A stretch of DNA of 64,000 nt from an uncultured Anaerolineales bacterium. GTDB lineage: Bacteria > Chloroflexota > Anaerolineae > Anaerolineales > UBA11858. Every line of letters begins with the position of its first letter. The stretch's first letter is position 1. Made by a program: the position numbers and the translations under genes. The DNA lies in the NCBI GenBank assembly GCA_964419495.1, contig CAYQQX010000006.1, positions 486 through 64,485 on the forward strand. Reading direction: 5' to 3'. The notes under the pieces are model-generated. The model worked only from the letters and a program-made list of their open reading frames with translations, did no database searches and had not been told where the DNA came from. This document shows, one piece after another, positions 34,078 through 43,113 of this stretch.

Positions 34078-36750
34078 ATGAGTATTCACACCATTCCCGA
34101 TACTGAAAGTCAGACGGCTGGCCCCCAGGTTGTACCCCACAGCAGGGAGGCAGAAGAAGCTGTCATCGGTTCGATTCTCATCAACCCTGAAGCCTATTAC
34201 GATGTTGCTGAGTTTTTGCAGGGTGAGGATTTCTATATCCACCGTCATCGCTGGATCTGGCAGTCCTTTGCTCGCTTGCAGCAGAACCGTACCCCAATTG
34301 ATTCACTGACCGTGATGGAAGATCTAGATCAACAAGGCCAATTGGCCGAAATTGGCGGAGCTTCCTATATCACTTCGCTGATCAACAGTGTTCCGTCGTC
34401 GCTGCATGCTATTTCTTATGGTCGTATCGTTGAAGAGACAGCCGTACGCAGGCGCATGTTAGAAGCAGCCAACAAAATTGCCAAGTTGGCCTATGAGGAA
34501 GAAACCGGCCTAGAAGCGGTCATGGATGACGCGGAGAAGGCTGTTTTCGGAGTCAGTGAGCGCCGCTTGACGCGCGACCTGGCACCTATTCAACAGGTGC
34601 TCAGCGAGTATTATGATGAGATCAGCGAATTGGCTGGCAAGGATGAAGAAATTCGCGGCGTGCCCACCGGTTTCATCGATATCGACAATTTACTTGGCGG
34701 TCTGCAGCCTTCAGATCTGCTCATAATTGCTGGACGTCCCGGTATGGGTAAAACTGGTTTCGCCCTCTCCCTGGCAAAAAATGCTGCCCTGACTCACAAA
34801 AAACACGTCGCCATATTCTCTTTGGAGATGGGCAATGATCAATTGGTGCAGCGCTTGCTCTCCCAAGAGACTGGGATCGATTCGCAGCGCTTGCGCATGG
34901 GCAAGCTCAAGGAAGACGAATGGTCTTTGTTTACTCACGCCATCGAGGTGCTTAGTGACACGACCATCTTTCTGGACGATACGCCAGGAATCACTCCGCT
35001 GCAGCTGCGCACCAAGTGCCGGCGCCTGCACCTCGAGCACCGCCTCGACTTGGTCATTGTCGATTATTTACAGTTGATGTCTGGGGATACTCGCAATGAA
35101 AATCGCGTGCAAGAGGTGTCATATATCTCACGCCAGATGAAGATTCTGGCGCGCGAGCTCAGGGTGCCGGTGCTGGCTGCGGCTCAGCTCTCTCGTGCCG
35201 TTGAGCAGCGTGGTGATAAACGCCCGGTGTTGTCTGACCTCAGGGAAAGTGGATGTCTTACTGGTGATACGCTTGTGCAACTGGCGGATGGATGTCGAGT
35301 GCCAATCCGGTCCTTAGCTGAAAATAACGTAAATGCCAAAATCATGGCGCTCAATGAAGAGACATGGAAAATTGAACTGACTGATTTTCGTAAAGCATGG
35401 TTCACTGGTACGAAGCCTGTATTTCGTTTGCGAACAAGCTTAGGTAGAGAAATACGTGCCACAGGAAACCATAAATTCCGTACCATTGATGGTTGGAAAA
35501 GACTGGATGAACTGAGTCCAGGTGATCATATTTCATTACCGCGCACATTGGAGCAACTACCTTCGGAAGAATCGTCTCTCTCCCTGGCTGAAGCTGCTTT
35601 ACTTGGCCATCTGATTGGTGATGGATGCACGCTTCCCAGACATGCAGTTCAATATACGACGAATAATGGTGAATTAGCCAGGCTTGTTGCTGATCTGGCA
35701 GTTGAAATTTTTGGCGATGATATCGTTCCACGTATCAAGGCAGAACGCCAATGGATACAAGTTTATCTGAGTGCCGCTCAACATTTGACACATAAGACGC
35801 GTAATCCTATTGCCGCGTGGTTGGATGATTTAAGCATCTGGGGATATCGCTCATATGAGAAGCGTGTGCCAGATATTATGTTTGAGCAGCCCGCGGAGAT
35901 CATTCGCCATTTCTTGCGACATTTATGGGCAACAGACGGGACATTGGGTGTGTTTGGGCGCAAGAAACCTCGCGCCACGATCAGATTTATGACCAGCAGT
36001 AATCTGTTGGCTTCGAATGTTCAACATTTATTATTGAGAGTGGGTATTGTTGCCCGCTTGAGTCGAGTTCCACAGCCGGGTAAAGGTAGAGACCAATGGC
36101 ATGTAACCATAACTGGCAAACCTGATGTACTCAAATTCGCGGACTTCATTGGGGTTGTCGGTCCAAAAGAAGATCGTTTGGAAGCATTGCAAACGTTTTA
36201 TCAGAATCGCACCCATATCACGAACAAAGATATCATTCCTAAGCAGACGTGGCATTCAATTGTAGAGCCAACCCGTTATGCTTTGGGACTAAGTCAGCGT
36301 GAATTTCAGGCTTCGATTGGAACGCAATATTGTGGAACGGCTCTTTACAAATCGAATTTGAGCCGGAAAAGGGCTTTTCGTGTGGGAAATGTGTTGCAAA
36401 GTGATCCACTACTGGCTCTCAGCCAGAGTGATGTTTTTTGGGACAAAATTGTTGCCATCGAAAACGATGGTGTTGAAAATGTTTACGATCTGGAAGTTCC
36501 CGGCTACCATAATTTTGTTGCCAACGATATCGTTGTTCATAATTCTTTGGAGCAGGATGCTGACATAGTTATGTTCATCTATCGCCCTGAGATGTATGAA
36601 GACGACCCTGCCAAGCAGAACCTGGCTGAGGTGATTGTGGCGAAACACCGTAATGGCCCCATTGGCAGCGTGCAGTTGATCTTCCGTAAAAATTTGGCTA
36701 AATTTGAGAACGCTGCTACTCGAGTTGTGGATCTGCAGCAGGTGACCTGA
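34078..36750 (+). CDS. dnaB: replicative DNA helicase DnaB, interrupted by a 430-aa intein
   Basis: The exteins total 460 aa. Motifs: PHSREAEEAVIGSIL, GRPGMGKTGFAL (Walker A), VIVDYLQLM (Walker B), LSDLRESG|...|SLEQDADIVMFIYR. Confidence 0.96.
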   Translation: MSIHTIPDTESQTAGPQVVPHSREAEEAVIGSILINPEAYYDVAEFLQGEDFYIHRHRWIWQSFARLQQNRTPIDSLTVMEDLDQQGQLAEIGGASYITSLINSVPSSLHAISYGRIVEETAVRRRMLEAANKIAKLAYEEETGLEAVMDDAEKAVFGVSERRLTRDLAPIQQVLSEYYDEISELAGKDEEIRGVPTGFIDIDNLLGGLQPSDLLIIAGRPGMGKTGFALSLAKNAALTHKKHVAIFSLEMGNDQLVQRLLSQETGIDSQRLRMGKLKEDEWSLFTHAIEVLSDTTIFLDDTPGITPLQLRTKCRRLHLEHRLDLVIVDYLQLMSGDTRNENRVQEVSYISRQMKILARELRVPVLAAAQLSRAVEQRGDKRPVLSDLRESGCLTGDTLVQLADGCRVPIRSLAENNVNAKIMALNEETWKIELTDFRKAWFTGTKPVFRLRTSLGREIRATGNHKFRTIDGWKRLDELSPGDHISLPRTLEQLPSEESSLSLAEAALLGHLIGDGCTLPRHAVQYTTNNGELARLVADLAVEIFGDDIVPRIKAERQWIQVYLSAAQHLTHKTRNPIAAWLDDLSIWGYRSYEKRVPDIMFEQPAEIIRHFLRHLWATDGTLGVFGRKKPRATIRFMTSSNLLASNVQHLLLRVGIVARLSRVPQPGKGRDQWHVTITGKPDVLKFADFIGVVGPKEDRLEALQTFYQNRTHITNKDIIPKQTWHSIVEPTRYALGLSQREFQASIGTQYCGTALYKSNLSRKRAFRVGNVLQSDPLLALSQSDVFWDKIVAIENDGVENVYDLEVPGYHNFVANDIVVHNSLEQDADIVMFIYRPEMYEDDPAKQNLAEVIVAKHRNGPIGSVQLIFRKNLAKFENAATRVVDLQQVT
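35254..36543 (+). mobile_element. DnaB intein with a LAGLIDADG homing-endonuclease domain
   Basis: It starts CLTGDTLV (block A) and has ATGNH (block B). The two dodecapeptide motifs are LLGHLIGDGC and FLRHLWATDGTL. It ends VYDLEVPGYHNFVANDIVVHN, followed by the +1 Ser. This is the same insertion point as the Ssp/Rma DnaB inteins. Confidence 0.92.
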
Positions 36751-37433
36751 TGACTTTTGCGGGATTCCCTGATGGGAAAGTGAGATTCACGCCAATCCCT
36801 GAGCCGTTTTTCAGTGAGTTACTTCCCCAGGTCGATGATATCGGGGAACTCAAAGTGACGCTATATGCTCTGTGGCGGTTGGAACGCATGGAGGGGAATT
36901 TCCTTTATTTGAAGGAATCTGATTTTCGAGCGGATGAGCGCTTTATGTTTGGGTTGGCCCCCACGCCCGAGGAGGCTGAATCAACCCTGAGCGAATCCCT
37001 TGAGCGCGCTGTGGACCGAGGTATTTTCCTGCAAGTAGAGGTCGAAGCGCAAGAGGATGTACTTTTCTTCCTGAATACTACTAAGGGGAGAGCCGCTGTA
37101 GAGGCAATCCAAAAAGGCAATTGGCAGCCCGGAGATTCTCCCCAAGCTACGTCGGTTCTATCCCAAGAACGACCTACGATTTACCATCTCTATGAGCAAA
37201 ATATTGGGCTGATCACGCCGCTGCTTTCGGAGACGCTTCAGGAAGCTGAAGATTCGTATCCGGCCGAGTGGATTGAGGAAGCCTTCCGCATTGCGGTTCA
37301 AAAGAACATTCGAAACTGGCGTTATATCGAGGCAATTTTACGACGCTGGCAAGAAAGAGGTTATGATGTCCGAAAAGATCGACGAGACCCTGAAGAACAT
37401 CGCCGACAATACGCCGACTGGGAAGAAGACTGA
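36750..37433 (+). CDS. DnaD-domain replication/primosome protein
   Basis: The C-terminal IYHLYEQNIGLITPLLSETLQEAEDSYPAEWIEEAFRIAVQKNIRNWRYIEAILRRWQERG is a DnaD/DnaB_2 C-terminal domain. Its ATG overlaps the dnaB TGA. Confidence 0.8.
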   Translation: MTFAGFPDGKVRFTPIPEPFFSELLPQVDDIGELKVTLYALWRLERMEGNFLYLKESDFRADERFMFGLAPTPEEAESTLSESLERAVDRGIFLQVEVEAQEDVLFFLNTTKGRAAVEAIQKGNWQPGDSPQATSVLSQERPTIYHLYEQNIGLITPLLSETLQEAEDSYPAEWIEEAFRIAVQKNIRNWRYIEAILRRWQERGYDVRKDRRDPEEHRRQYADWEED

Positions 37434-38769
37434 AAATTCGTCGGAAGCTCCAATCCGGGATTTGCCTGGGGATCCGTCATGCCCTATTTGTGGGGGTTTA
37501 GGATTTATTCGGCAAGACGTGCCCATTGGCCATCCGGAATTTGGCAAGATGCATATCTGTTCTTGTCGAAAAGTGGATCTTGACCGGCGCATGCACAAGC
37601 GTCTTTTTGCACTCAGTCGTCTGGAAGAGCTGCAGCATTTGAATTTCGACAACTTTCGGCCGCGCGGCCGAGTTGGGCTAAGGCCAGCGCTGGCTGACTC
37701 TCTGGAACAGGCATTCAACCAGGCGCAGATGTTTGCGCGCACACACCAGGGGTGGTTGTTGATGTATGGTGGTTATGGCTGTGGAAAAACACATCTGGCC
37801 GCAGCAATTGCCAATTTTGCAGTCGATATGGGCATCGCTACTTTATTTATTACTGTACCTGATCTTCTAGACAGTTTGCGCTTTTCCTATGATGATCCCA
37901 ATGCCACCTTTGAACAACGCTTCGAAGAAATTCGCACCGCACCCCTGTTGATCATGGATGATTTCGGCACACAGAATGCCACCGAATGGGCGCAAGAGAA
38001 ATTATTCCAAATATTGAACTATCGCTATATTAATAAGCTGCCGCTGGTAGTGACAACAAATTTGCTCATTGAAGAGATGGAACCGCGTATCCGATCGCGT
38101 CTAGACGACCCCGATTTAGTGACGCGAGTTATTATTAAAGCGCAAGATTACCGCCGTCCCGAAAACGATCGGCTGGGTCATTCGACTCTCTCTGCCTCGA
38201 TGGATTTTTTGCATAAGCTGACTTTTACGGCCATTGACTTCAGAGAGAAAGAAAATCTTCAGGGTGATCAAGTTGAAAGCCTTAAGCGTGCCTTTGACGA
38301 GGCGCGTGAATTTGCGGAACAGCCTGAGGGTTGGCTGGTGTTGACTGGCCCCTATGGTTGTGGCAAAACCCATTTGGCCGCCGCGATTGCTAATTTCCGC
38401 GCCAACCAGGGCCATATGCCCATGTTTGTAGTCGTGCCTGATTTGATGGATCATTTGCGGGCCACTTTTGGGCCGCGCAGTTCGGTAAGCATGGATCGTC
38501 TCTTTGAGGATGTCAAACGGGCGCAGCTTTTGGTCTTGGATGATTTGGGAACCCAAAACATGACTCCCTGGGCTAGGGAAAAACTGTACCAGCTATTCAA
38601 TTATCGGTACAACGCCGAACTGCCCACAGTGATCACGACACCAGAACTGAAGGATGAGATGGACCCACGTTTGCTCAGCCGCATGCGGGATACGCGCCTA
38701 AGCGTGATTTGTGCCATTACTGCGCCTTCATATAGGGGGGCAAAGAAGAAAAGAAAAAAGAAACGATAA
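37363..38769 (+). CDS. tandem-duplicated DnaC/DnaI-like AAA+ helicase loader with an N-terminal zinc-binding motif
   Basis: CPICGG...HICSC is followed by two modules: GWLLMYGGYGCGKTHLAAAIANF...LLIMDDFG...LVVTTN...RIRSRL and GWLVLTGPYGCGKTHLAAAIANF...LLVLDDLG...VITT...RLLSRM. There is a poly-Lys tail. The start is uncertain: ATG 37363 or 37366 (overlapping the upstream gene by about 70 nt) or TTG 37462. Confidence 0.85.
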   Translation: MMSEKIDETLKNIADNTPTGKKTENSSEAPIRDLPGDPSCPICGGLGFIRQDVPIGHPEFGKMHICSCRKVDLDRRMHKRLFALSRLEELQHLNFDNFRPRGRVGLRPALADSLEQAFNQAQMFARTHQGWLLMYGGYGCGKTHLAAAIANFAVDMGIATLFITVPDLLDSLRFSYDDPNATFEQRFEEIRTAPLLIMDDFGTQNATEWAQEKLFQILNYRYINKLPLVVTTNLLIEEMEPRIRSRLDDPDLVTRVIIKAQDYRRPENDRLGHSTLSASMDFLHKLTFTAIDFREKENLQGDQVESLKRAFDEAREFAEQPEGWLVLTGPYGCGKTHLAAAIANFRANQGHMPMFVVVPDLMDHLRATFGPRSSVSMDRLFEDVKRAQLLVLDDLGTQNMTPWAREKLYQLFNYRYNAELPTVITTPELKDEMDPRLLSRMRDTRLSVICAITAPSYRGAKKKRKKKR

Positions 38770-38967
38770 TATTATTTCACCAGTAATGTGATTCGAAGGG
38801 CATGCCCTATGGTGTGCCTTTTTATTTTAATAGTTTTTGTGTGTCAAGCGTCATTTTCCTTCGTAACAATTAACTTGGAAAAATTGATAAAAATTACATT
38901 GTGGCGTGACCTTTCGACTGATACAATTGTGTAACAAGACTAAATTTATCTAAATTCAGGAGAAAAT

Positions 38968-39789
38968 ATGTTTCCTAGTTATTTATTGGCTTTACGAGAA
39001 GGACTTGAAGCTGCCCTGATTATTGGTATCGTATTGGGCGTGCTTCGAAAGGTCAACCGGACACAATTGAAGTCTGTAGTTTGGATGGGCTTAGGCAGTG
39101 CTGTATTGGTTAGCATATTGGGGGCTGTTTTGCTCAATGCTGTAGGTGCAACATTTGAAGGCGAAGCTGAGGAAATCTTCGAAGGATTTACGATGCTCAT
39201 CGCTGCCGGGGTGCTTACATGGATGATCTTTTGGATGCAGCGTCAGGCGCATACGATGCAGGCCGAACTTGAAGTTGATGTTCGTCGAGCGGCGATAGGT
39301 GGAGGGCAGAAAGCCCTTTTCTTGCTCTCTTTTGTCGCTGTGGTTCGGGAAGGGATTGAATTAGCGCTTTTTCTCACCGCAGCATCAATAACTACTTCAG
39401 TTCAACAAACGCTGATTGGTGCGATTTTGGGTTTAGGCACTGCTGTGCTGTTAGGCTGGTTGCTTTTTGCCAGCACAATCCGTCTGAATTTAAAACGTTT
39501 CTTCCAGGTGACAGGTGTTTTATTAATCTTGTTTGCGGCGGGCTTGGTGGCACATGGGATTCACGAGTTCAACGAAGTGGGTTGGGTTCCTTCAATTATC
39601 GAGCATGTTTGGGATATCAACCATGTTGTGAATGAGAAATCAACCTTTGGGTTGGTGCTCAAATCGCTGTTTGGCTATAACGGTAATCCATCGCTGACGG
39701 AAGTCTTGGGTTACTTACTCTATTTTATTGCCATCGGATTTGGCCTCCGGCGCGCCAATCAAGCATTTCCAGCAGTCCAGAACGCTTGA
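38968..39789 (+). CDS. FTR1/EfeU-family high-affinity iron permease
   Basis: Two REGLE-type motifs (LREGLEAAL and VREGIELAL) in a 7-TM protein. Confidence 0.9.
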   Translation: MFPSYLLALREGLEAALIIGIVLGVLRKVNRTQLKSVVWMGLGSAVLVSILGAVLLNAVGATFEGEAEEIFEGFTMLIAAGVLTWMIFWMQRQAHTMQAELEVDVRRAAIGGGQKALFLLSFVAVVREGIELALFLTAASITTSVQQTLIGAILGLGTAVLLGWLLFASTIRLNLKRFFQVTGVLLILFAAGLVAHGIHEFNEVGWVPSIIEHVWDINHVVNEKSTFGLVLKSLFGYNGNPSLTEVLGYLLYFIAIGFGLRRANQAFPAVQNA

Positions 39790-39809
39790 ACTAAACTCCG
39801 TTGATAATC

Positions 39810-39846
39810 AAAAAACCTGGCTTCAATTTGCGATGCCAGGCTTTTT
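39810..39846. terminator. bidirectional terminator between convergent genes
   Basis: AAAAAACCTGGC-13 nt-GCCAGGCTTTTT. Confidence 0.7.
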
Positions 39847-39879
39847 GATTTGTGATATTCCACTGAGGATAATAACTCG

Positions 39880-41556
39880 TTATGGATCTTGAAAATTGAA
39901 TACAAGAAAGTTACCGAACCTTTGTTGATAGACGAAGTTGTCATTGATGAATGAACTCAATTGGGGAAAATCGTCTAATGTTCTTCCAGTGTGGAACCAG
40001 GATTGCTCTTCGATGATGATAATGCCAACCTGGTTTTCTTGTAATTCTTCAACGATCCAGGAATCGAGCATGGGATCATATGATTTTGAATAGGTGAGTC
40101 CGCTGTGGAACCACAGCAGAGGTTGGGGAGATGGAGCACCGACAATTCCATATAGCATGGTGAAATCAGGAAATACGAAGAAATTTTCTCCCTGAGTTTC
40201 AAGGCAATTCACTACGTCATTGACATCTTGAGCAGTAATGAGATTTCCTACTCGTGTGGGCACGGCCCAACGGAGTGCAGCGAGTCTTTCAGATTCGAGG
40301 GGGTGGCCAAAGACAGACTCGCTGAAAATGTTATGAACTTGACGGGAGGAGGCAACACTCAGTCCATATACCGAGACAATTACCATCATTATCGTGAGAA
40401 TGCCCCCAACGATCAGCTTCAAGCTCGTGGCAAGCTTTGAAGATTGGCTTGGGGTTGATCCATTTTGCGATTTGGCTGGCAGCAATAATCCAAAACCAAT
40501 TGCTGATATTACTCCGATGAAAGGAATGGCATTCTCTGGTTGGTTATTTGAAGTGATCAGGTAGGCATTTTGATAGAGAAATAGCGATGGTATTAATACT
40601 GCTGCTACCCTTCGAGTTGGAGAAGATTTTGCACCCTTATTGAACAATACGATTGTAATGGCGATTAGAGATGATAGTAGTGAAAGAACGATGATCGTAA
40701 TTGGCGCTTTCCCCACAAAGATCAATTGCACCAATTCAAGGAAGCTTTCTGGTAAGCGGAAATCACTAACCTCTTGAGCAGGGATCTCAAAGAAATATCT
40801 CAATAATAACGAAAAATCAGATCGGAGAAAGAGCCAAAGTGCAAATGAAATCAATCCCATCAACCACCCCAAAGAGAAAATAATGAAATCGATAACACCT
40901 TTCGAGATTTCTTCGATGTTTGTGATGATGAAAAGGATCGCAAATACAGGCACAATGAAAGCCCCGGCATTCTGTTTGCTGATGAACGCGCCAAAAGTGA
41001 CCATGCCAGATACTAAAAACAGTGCTCGCTGCCATTTTCTTGGTAGGTTGTGATTCAACAGTCCGATGGATATTCCGAGCATACCAATGAAGGCAAAGAA
41101 AAAGGCGGTTTGTTCAGGCCAGGGGGTTCCAAAAGGTGGGTAAAACCAAATCGCTGTCAGGATACCTCCTAACCAGGCAACTGGTTTACTGTTGGGGAAA
41201 ATAATTCGTAGTATCCAAAAGCATATTCCCGTTACAAGTGAGTTGATGACTGCGGCCCCAAAAATATAGCTCGCATAACTTGCCCCAAAGAGCTTGAAAA
41301 TCCCCCCTTGAAGCCAAAAAGTCATCGGCCCGAAGGGAATCACGAAGTCCTTGAACGGAATTTGTCCTGTGGATACCCGATAGCTGCCATCGAAGACAAT
41401 CGATTGATCAAATGGGAAAAATCCCCTTCTCCCCACGAAGAGTGTGAAAAAGAAAGCAAAGGCCAGGATACAAAGCAAAACACATATATCGATTAGCTTT
41501 TGATATTTGTGTAAATGTGATGGTATGGCCTTGTATATTTTGGAAAAAGGACTCAC
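39880..41556 (-). CDS. large polytopic membrane protein, GT-C-like, with a C-terminal soluble domain
   Basis: About 13 TM helices. The first loop has FPFDQSIVFDGSYR. It is the last gene of the minus-strand cluster 45706..39880. The functional call is inference only. Confidence 0.55.
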   Translation of the reverse strand: MSPFSKIYKAIPSHLHKYQKLIDICVLLCILAFAFFFTLFVGRRGFFPFDQSIVFDGSYRVSTGQIPFKDFVIPFGPMTFWLQGGIFKLFGASYASYIFGAAVINSLVTGICFWILRIIFPNSKPVAWLGGILTAIWFYPPFGTPWPEQTAFFFAFIGMLGISIGLLNHNLPRKWQRALFLVSGMVTFGAFISKQNAGAFIVPVFAILFIITNIEEISKGVIDFIIFSLGWLMGLISFALWLFLRSDFSLLLRYFFEIPAQEVSDFRLPESFLELVQLIFVGKAPITIIVLSLLSSLIAITIVLFNKGAKSSPTRRVAAVLIPSLFLYQNAYLITSNNQPENAIPFIGVISAIGFGLLLPAKSQNGSTPSQSSKLATSLKLIVGGILTIMMVIVSVYGLSVASSRQVHNIFSESVFGHPLESERLAALRWAVPTRVGNLITAQDVNDVVNCLETQGENFFVFPDFTMLYGIVGAPSPQPLLWFHSGLTYSKSYDPMLDSWIVEELQENQVGIIIIEEQSWFHTGRTLDDFPQLSSFINDNFVYQQRFGNFLVFNFQDP

Positions 41557-41576
41557 TTGAGAATTCCGGGACGAGA

Positions 41577-43109
41577 TTATTGGTATGACTGATTGAGCAC
41601 TTGGAGCTTTCCTTTGAGAGTTCCTAAGAGCTCATTGGTAATATTTTTGTGAGATGGATAAAGGTTTTGTTTTTCTTCGGGATCATTGGCGAGATCATAA
41701 AGCTCGATATACTGGCGATCGTTTTCCAGTAGCTCATAGCCGAAATACCACATCAATTTGTAATCTCCCCTCACCAGCATCGCGCTGGCTGTTTCAATTT
41801 GCCCATTTGAATCTCTCTTCTCAACTTGGATGGTGGAGATATCACGGTCAGCGTTGGGTATTGATCTGTCAAATGGGGGTATGACAACCCCTTCAGCCCA
41901 GCTAGGAATATCCTGTTTGGTTAGTTGTAGGAGTGTTGGCAATAAGTCGATGGCTTCTGTTTTCTCGAAAATATCTACACGCTGTTTTTGTCCTGGTGGA
42001 AAAATCATCAATGGAATATGTACAATGGGTTGGTGAAAGAGCGGCGCAGTGTGTCCGAGAATGCCCCGCTCGAACATTTCGCCGTGATCGGAAGTCAGGA
42101 TCAACCAGGTGTTATCAAGAATACCATTTTGCTCTAATTGATTGTAGAGCCGCGCAAATTCGGCATCTACATACAGGATGAATTCATCGTACCAGCGGTG
42201 ATTGTCGGTCATTCTATCATCAGGGATAGTTTGATCCAAAAGATGTATTGGCTTATCAGACAGTTGATAATCTTCACTTGCAAAATTGTCCATGAAATCC
42301 CGCCGGGTATTGTATGGATCATGAGGCGGCAGGAAATGGTAATATCCCAAGAAAGGTTGGGGCGCTTTGTTAAGTGAACTGGACAACCAATCAATGCCTT
42401 GCTCGAGAGTGAAATAGTTCAAGCCTAATTCGCTGTAATTAGGGATGCCGCGCGGAAAGTTCGGCGCGATATCGGCGACTTTTTTAGTGATGAAATATTC
42501 GTATATTTGTGAGAGAAAAAGCGAATACGCATGCCCGGCTTCGAGTCGCTTCATCCCGCGCCGCCATCCTAGCGATGCAATGTCTTGATCATTCTTGAAT
42601 AGGGTGAAATTTAAAGGATCTTTTTGGAAGTATTGATCCGGCCAGGGTGTGTACTCTTCCATGTCCGACATGAATTGATGGAGCAGCGTATCGGCAAGCG
42701 GGTTGTGCGTGTATGCCAGACGATGATATCCACTGAAGGCGTTGAAGATGTTATTCTCAGCCAAGGCATTCACGACTTCATTATGTTTGAAGGCGCGATG
42801 CGTCCAGGATGTTGTGCCCGTTAGCAGAGATGCTGTTCCTGGGGTGGTGAAGTGACCCCCGGCGAAATGATTGTGGTACACAATAGCCTTTTCCGCCAAT
42901 CTCTCCAAGTTGGGAGTGGTGCGACGGTTATAGCCATACAGGGAAATATTTAATGCCGACCAGGCATCGAATACTACAATGAGAAAGTTAATGCCGTTTG
43001 AATTATCGTTTGTAACACTCGCCCTCGAAATCGAAGGTGGAATGGAATAGCTCATCGAGAGGAGCCCGGCCAGTTTTAGAAATTCGCGTCGAGAGAGGGA
43101 TGATTTCAT
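41577..43109 (-). CDS. Tat-exported sulfatase-fold (alkaline-phosphatase superfamily) enzyme lacking the formylglycine motif
   Basis: Twin-arginine signal SRREFLKLAG. Sulfatase core VVFDAW..., LTSDHGEMFERGILGH. The signature reads TTPGTASLLTG instead of (C/S)xPxRxxxLTG. Confidence 0.8.
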   Translation of the reverse strand: MKSSLSRREFLKLAGLLSMSYSIPPSISRASVTNDNSNGINFLIVVFDAWSALNISLYGYNRRTTPNLERLAEKAIVYHNHFAGGHFTTPGTASLLTGTTSWTHRAFKHNEVVNALAENNIFNAFSGYHRLAYTHNPLADTLLHQFMSDMEEYTPWPDQYFQKDPLNFTLFKNDQDIASLGWRRGMKRLEAGHAYSLFLSQIYEYFITKKVADIAPNFPRGIPNYSELGLNYFTLEQGIDWLSSSLNKAPQPFLGYYHFLPPHDPYNTRRDFMDNFASEDYQLSDKPIHLLDQTIPDDRMTDNHRWYDEFILYVDAEFARLYNQLEQNGILDNTWLILTSDHGEMFERGILGHTAPLFHQPIVHIPLMIFPPGQKQRVDIFEKTEAIDLLPTLLQLTKQDIPSWAEGVVIPPFDRSIPNADRDISTIQVEKRDSNGQIETASAMLVRGDYKLMWYFGYELLENDRQYIELYDLANDPEEKQNLYPSHKNITNELLGTLKGKLQVLNQSYQ

Positions 43110-43113
43110 GAGA

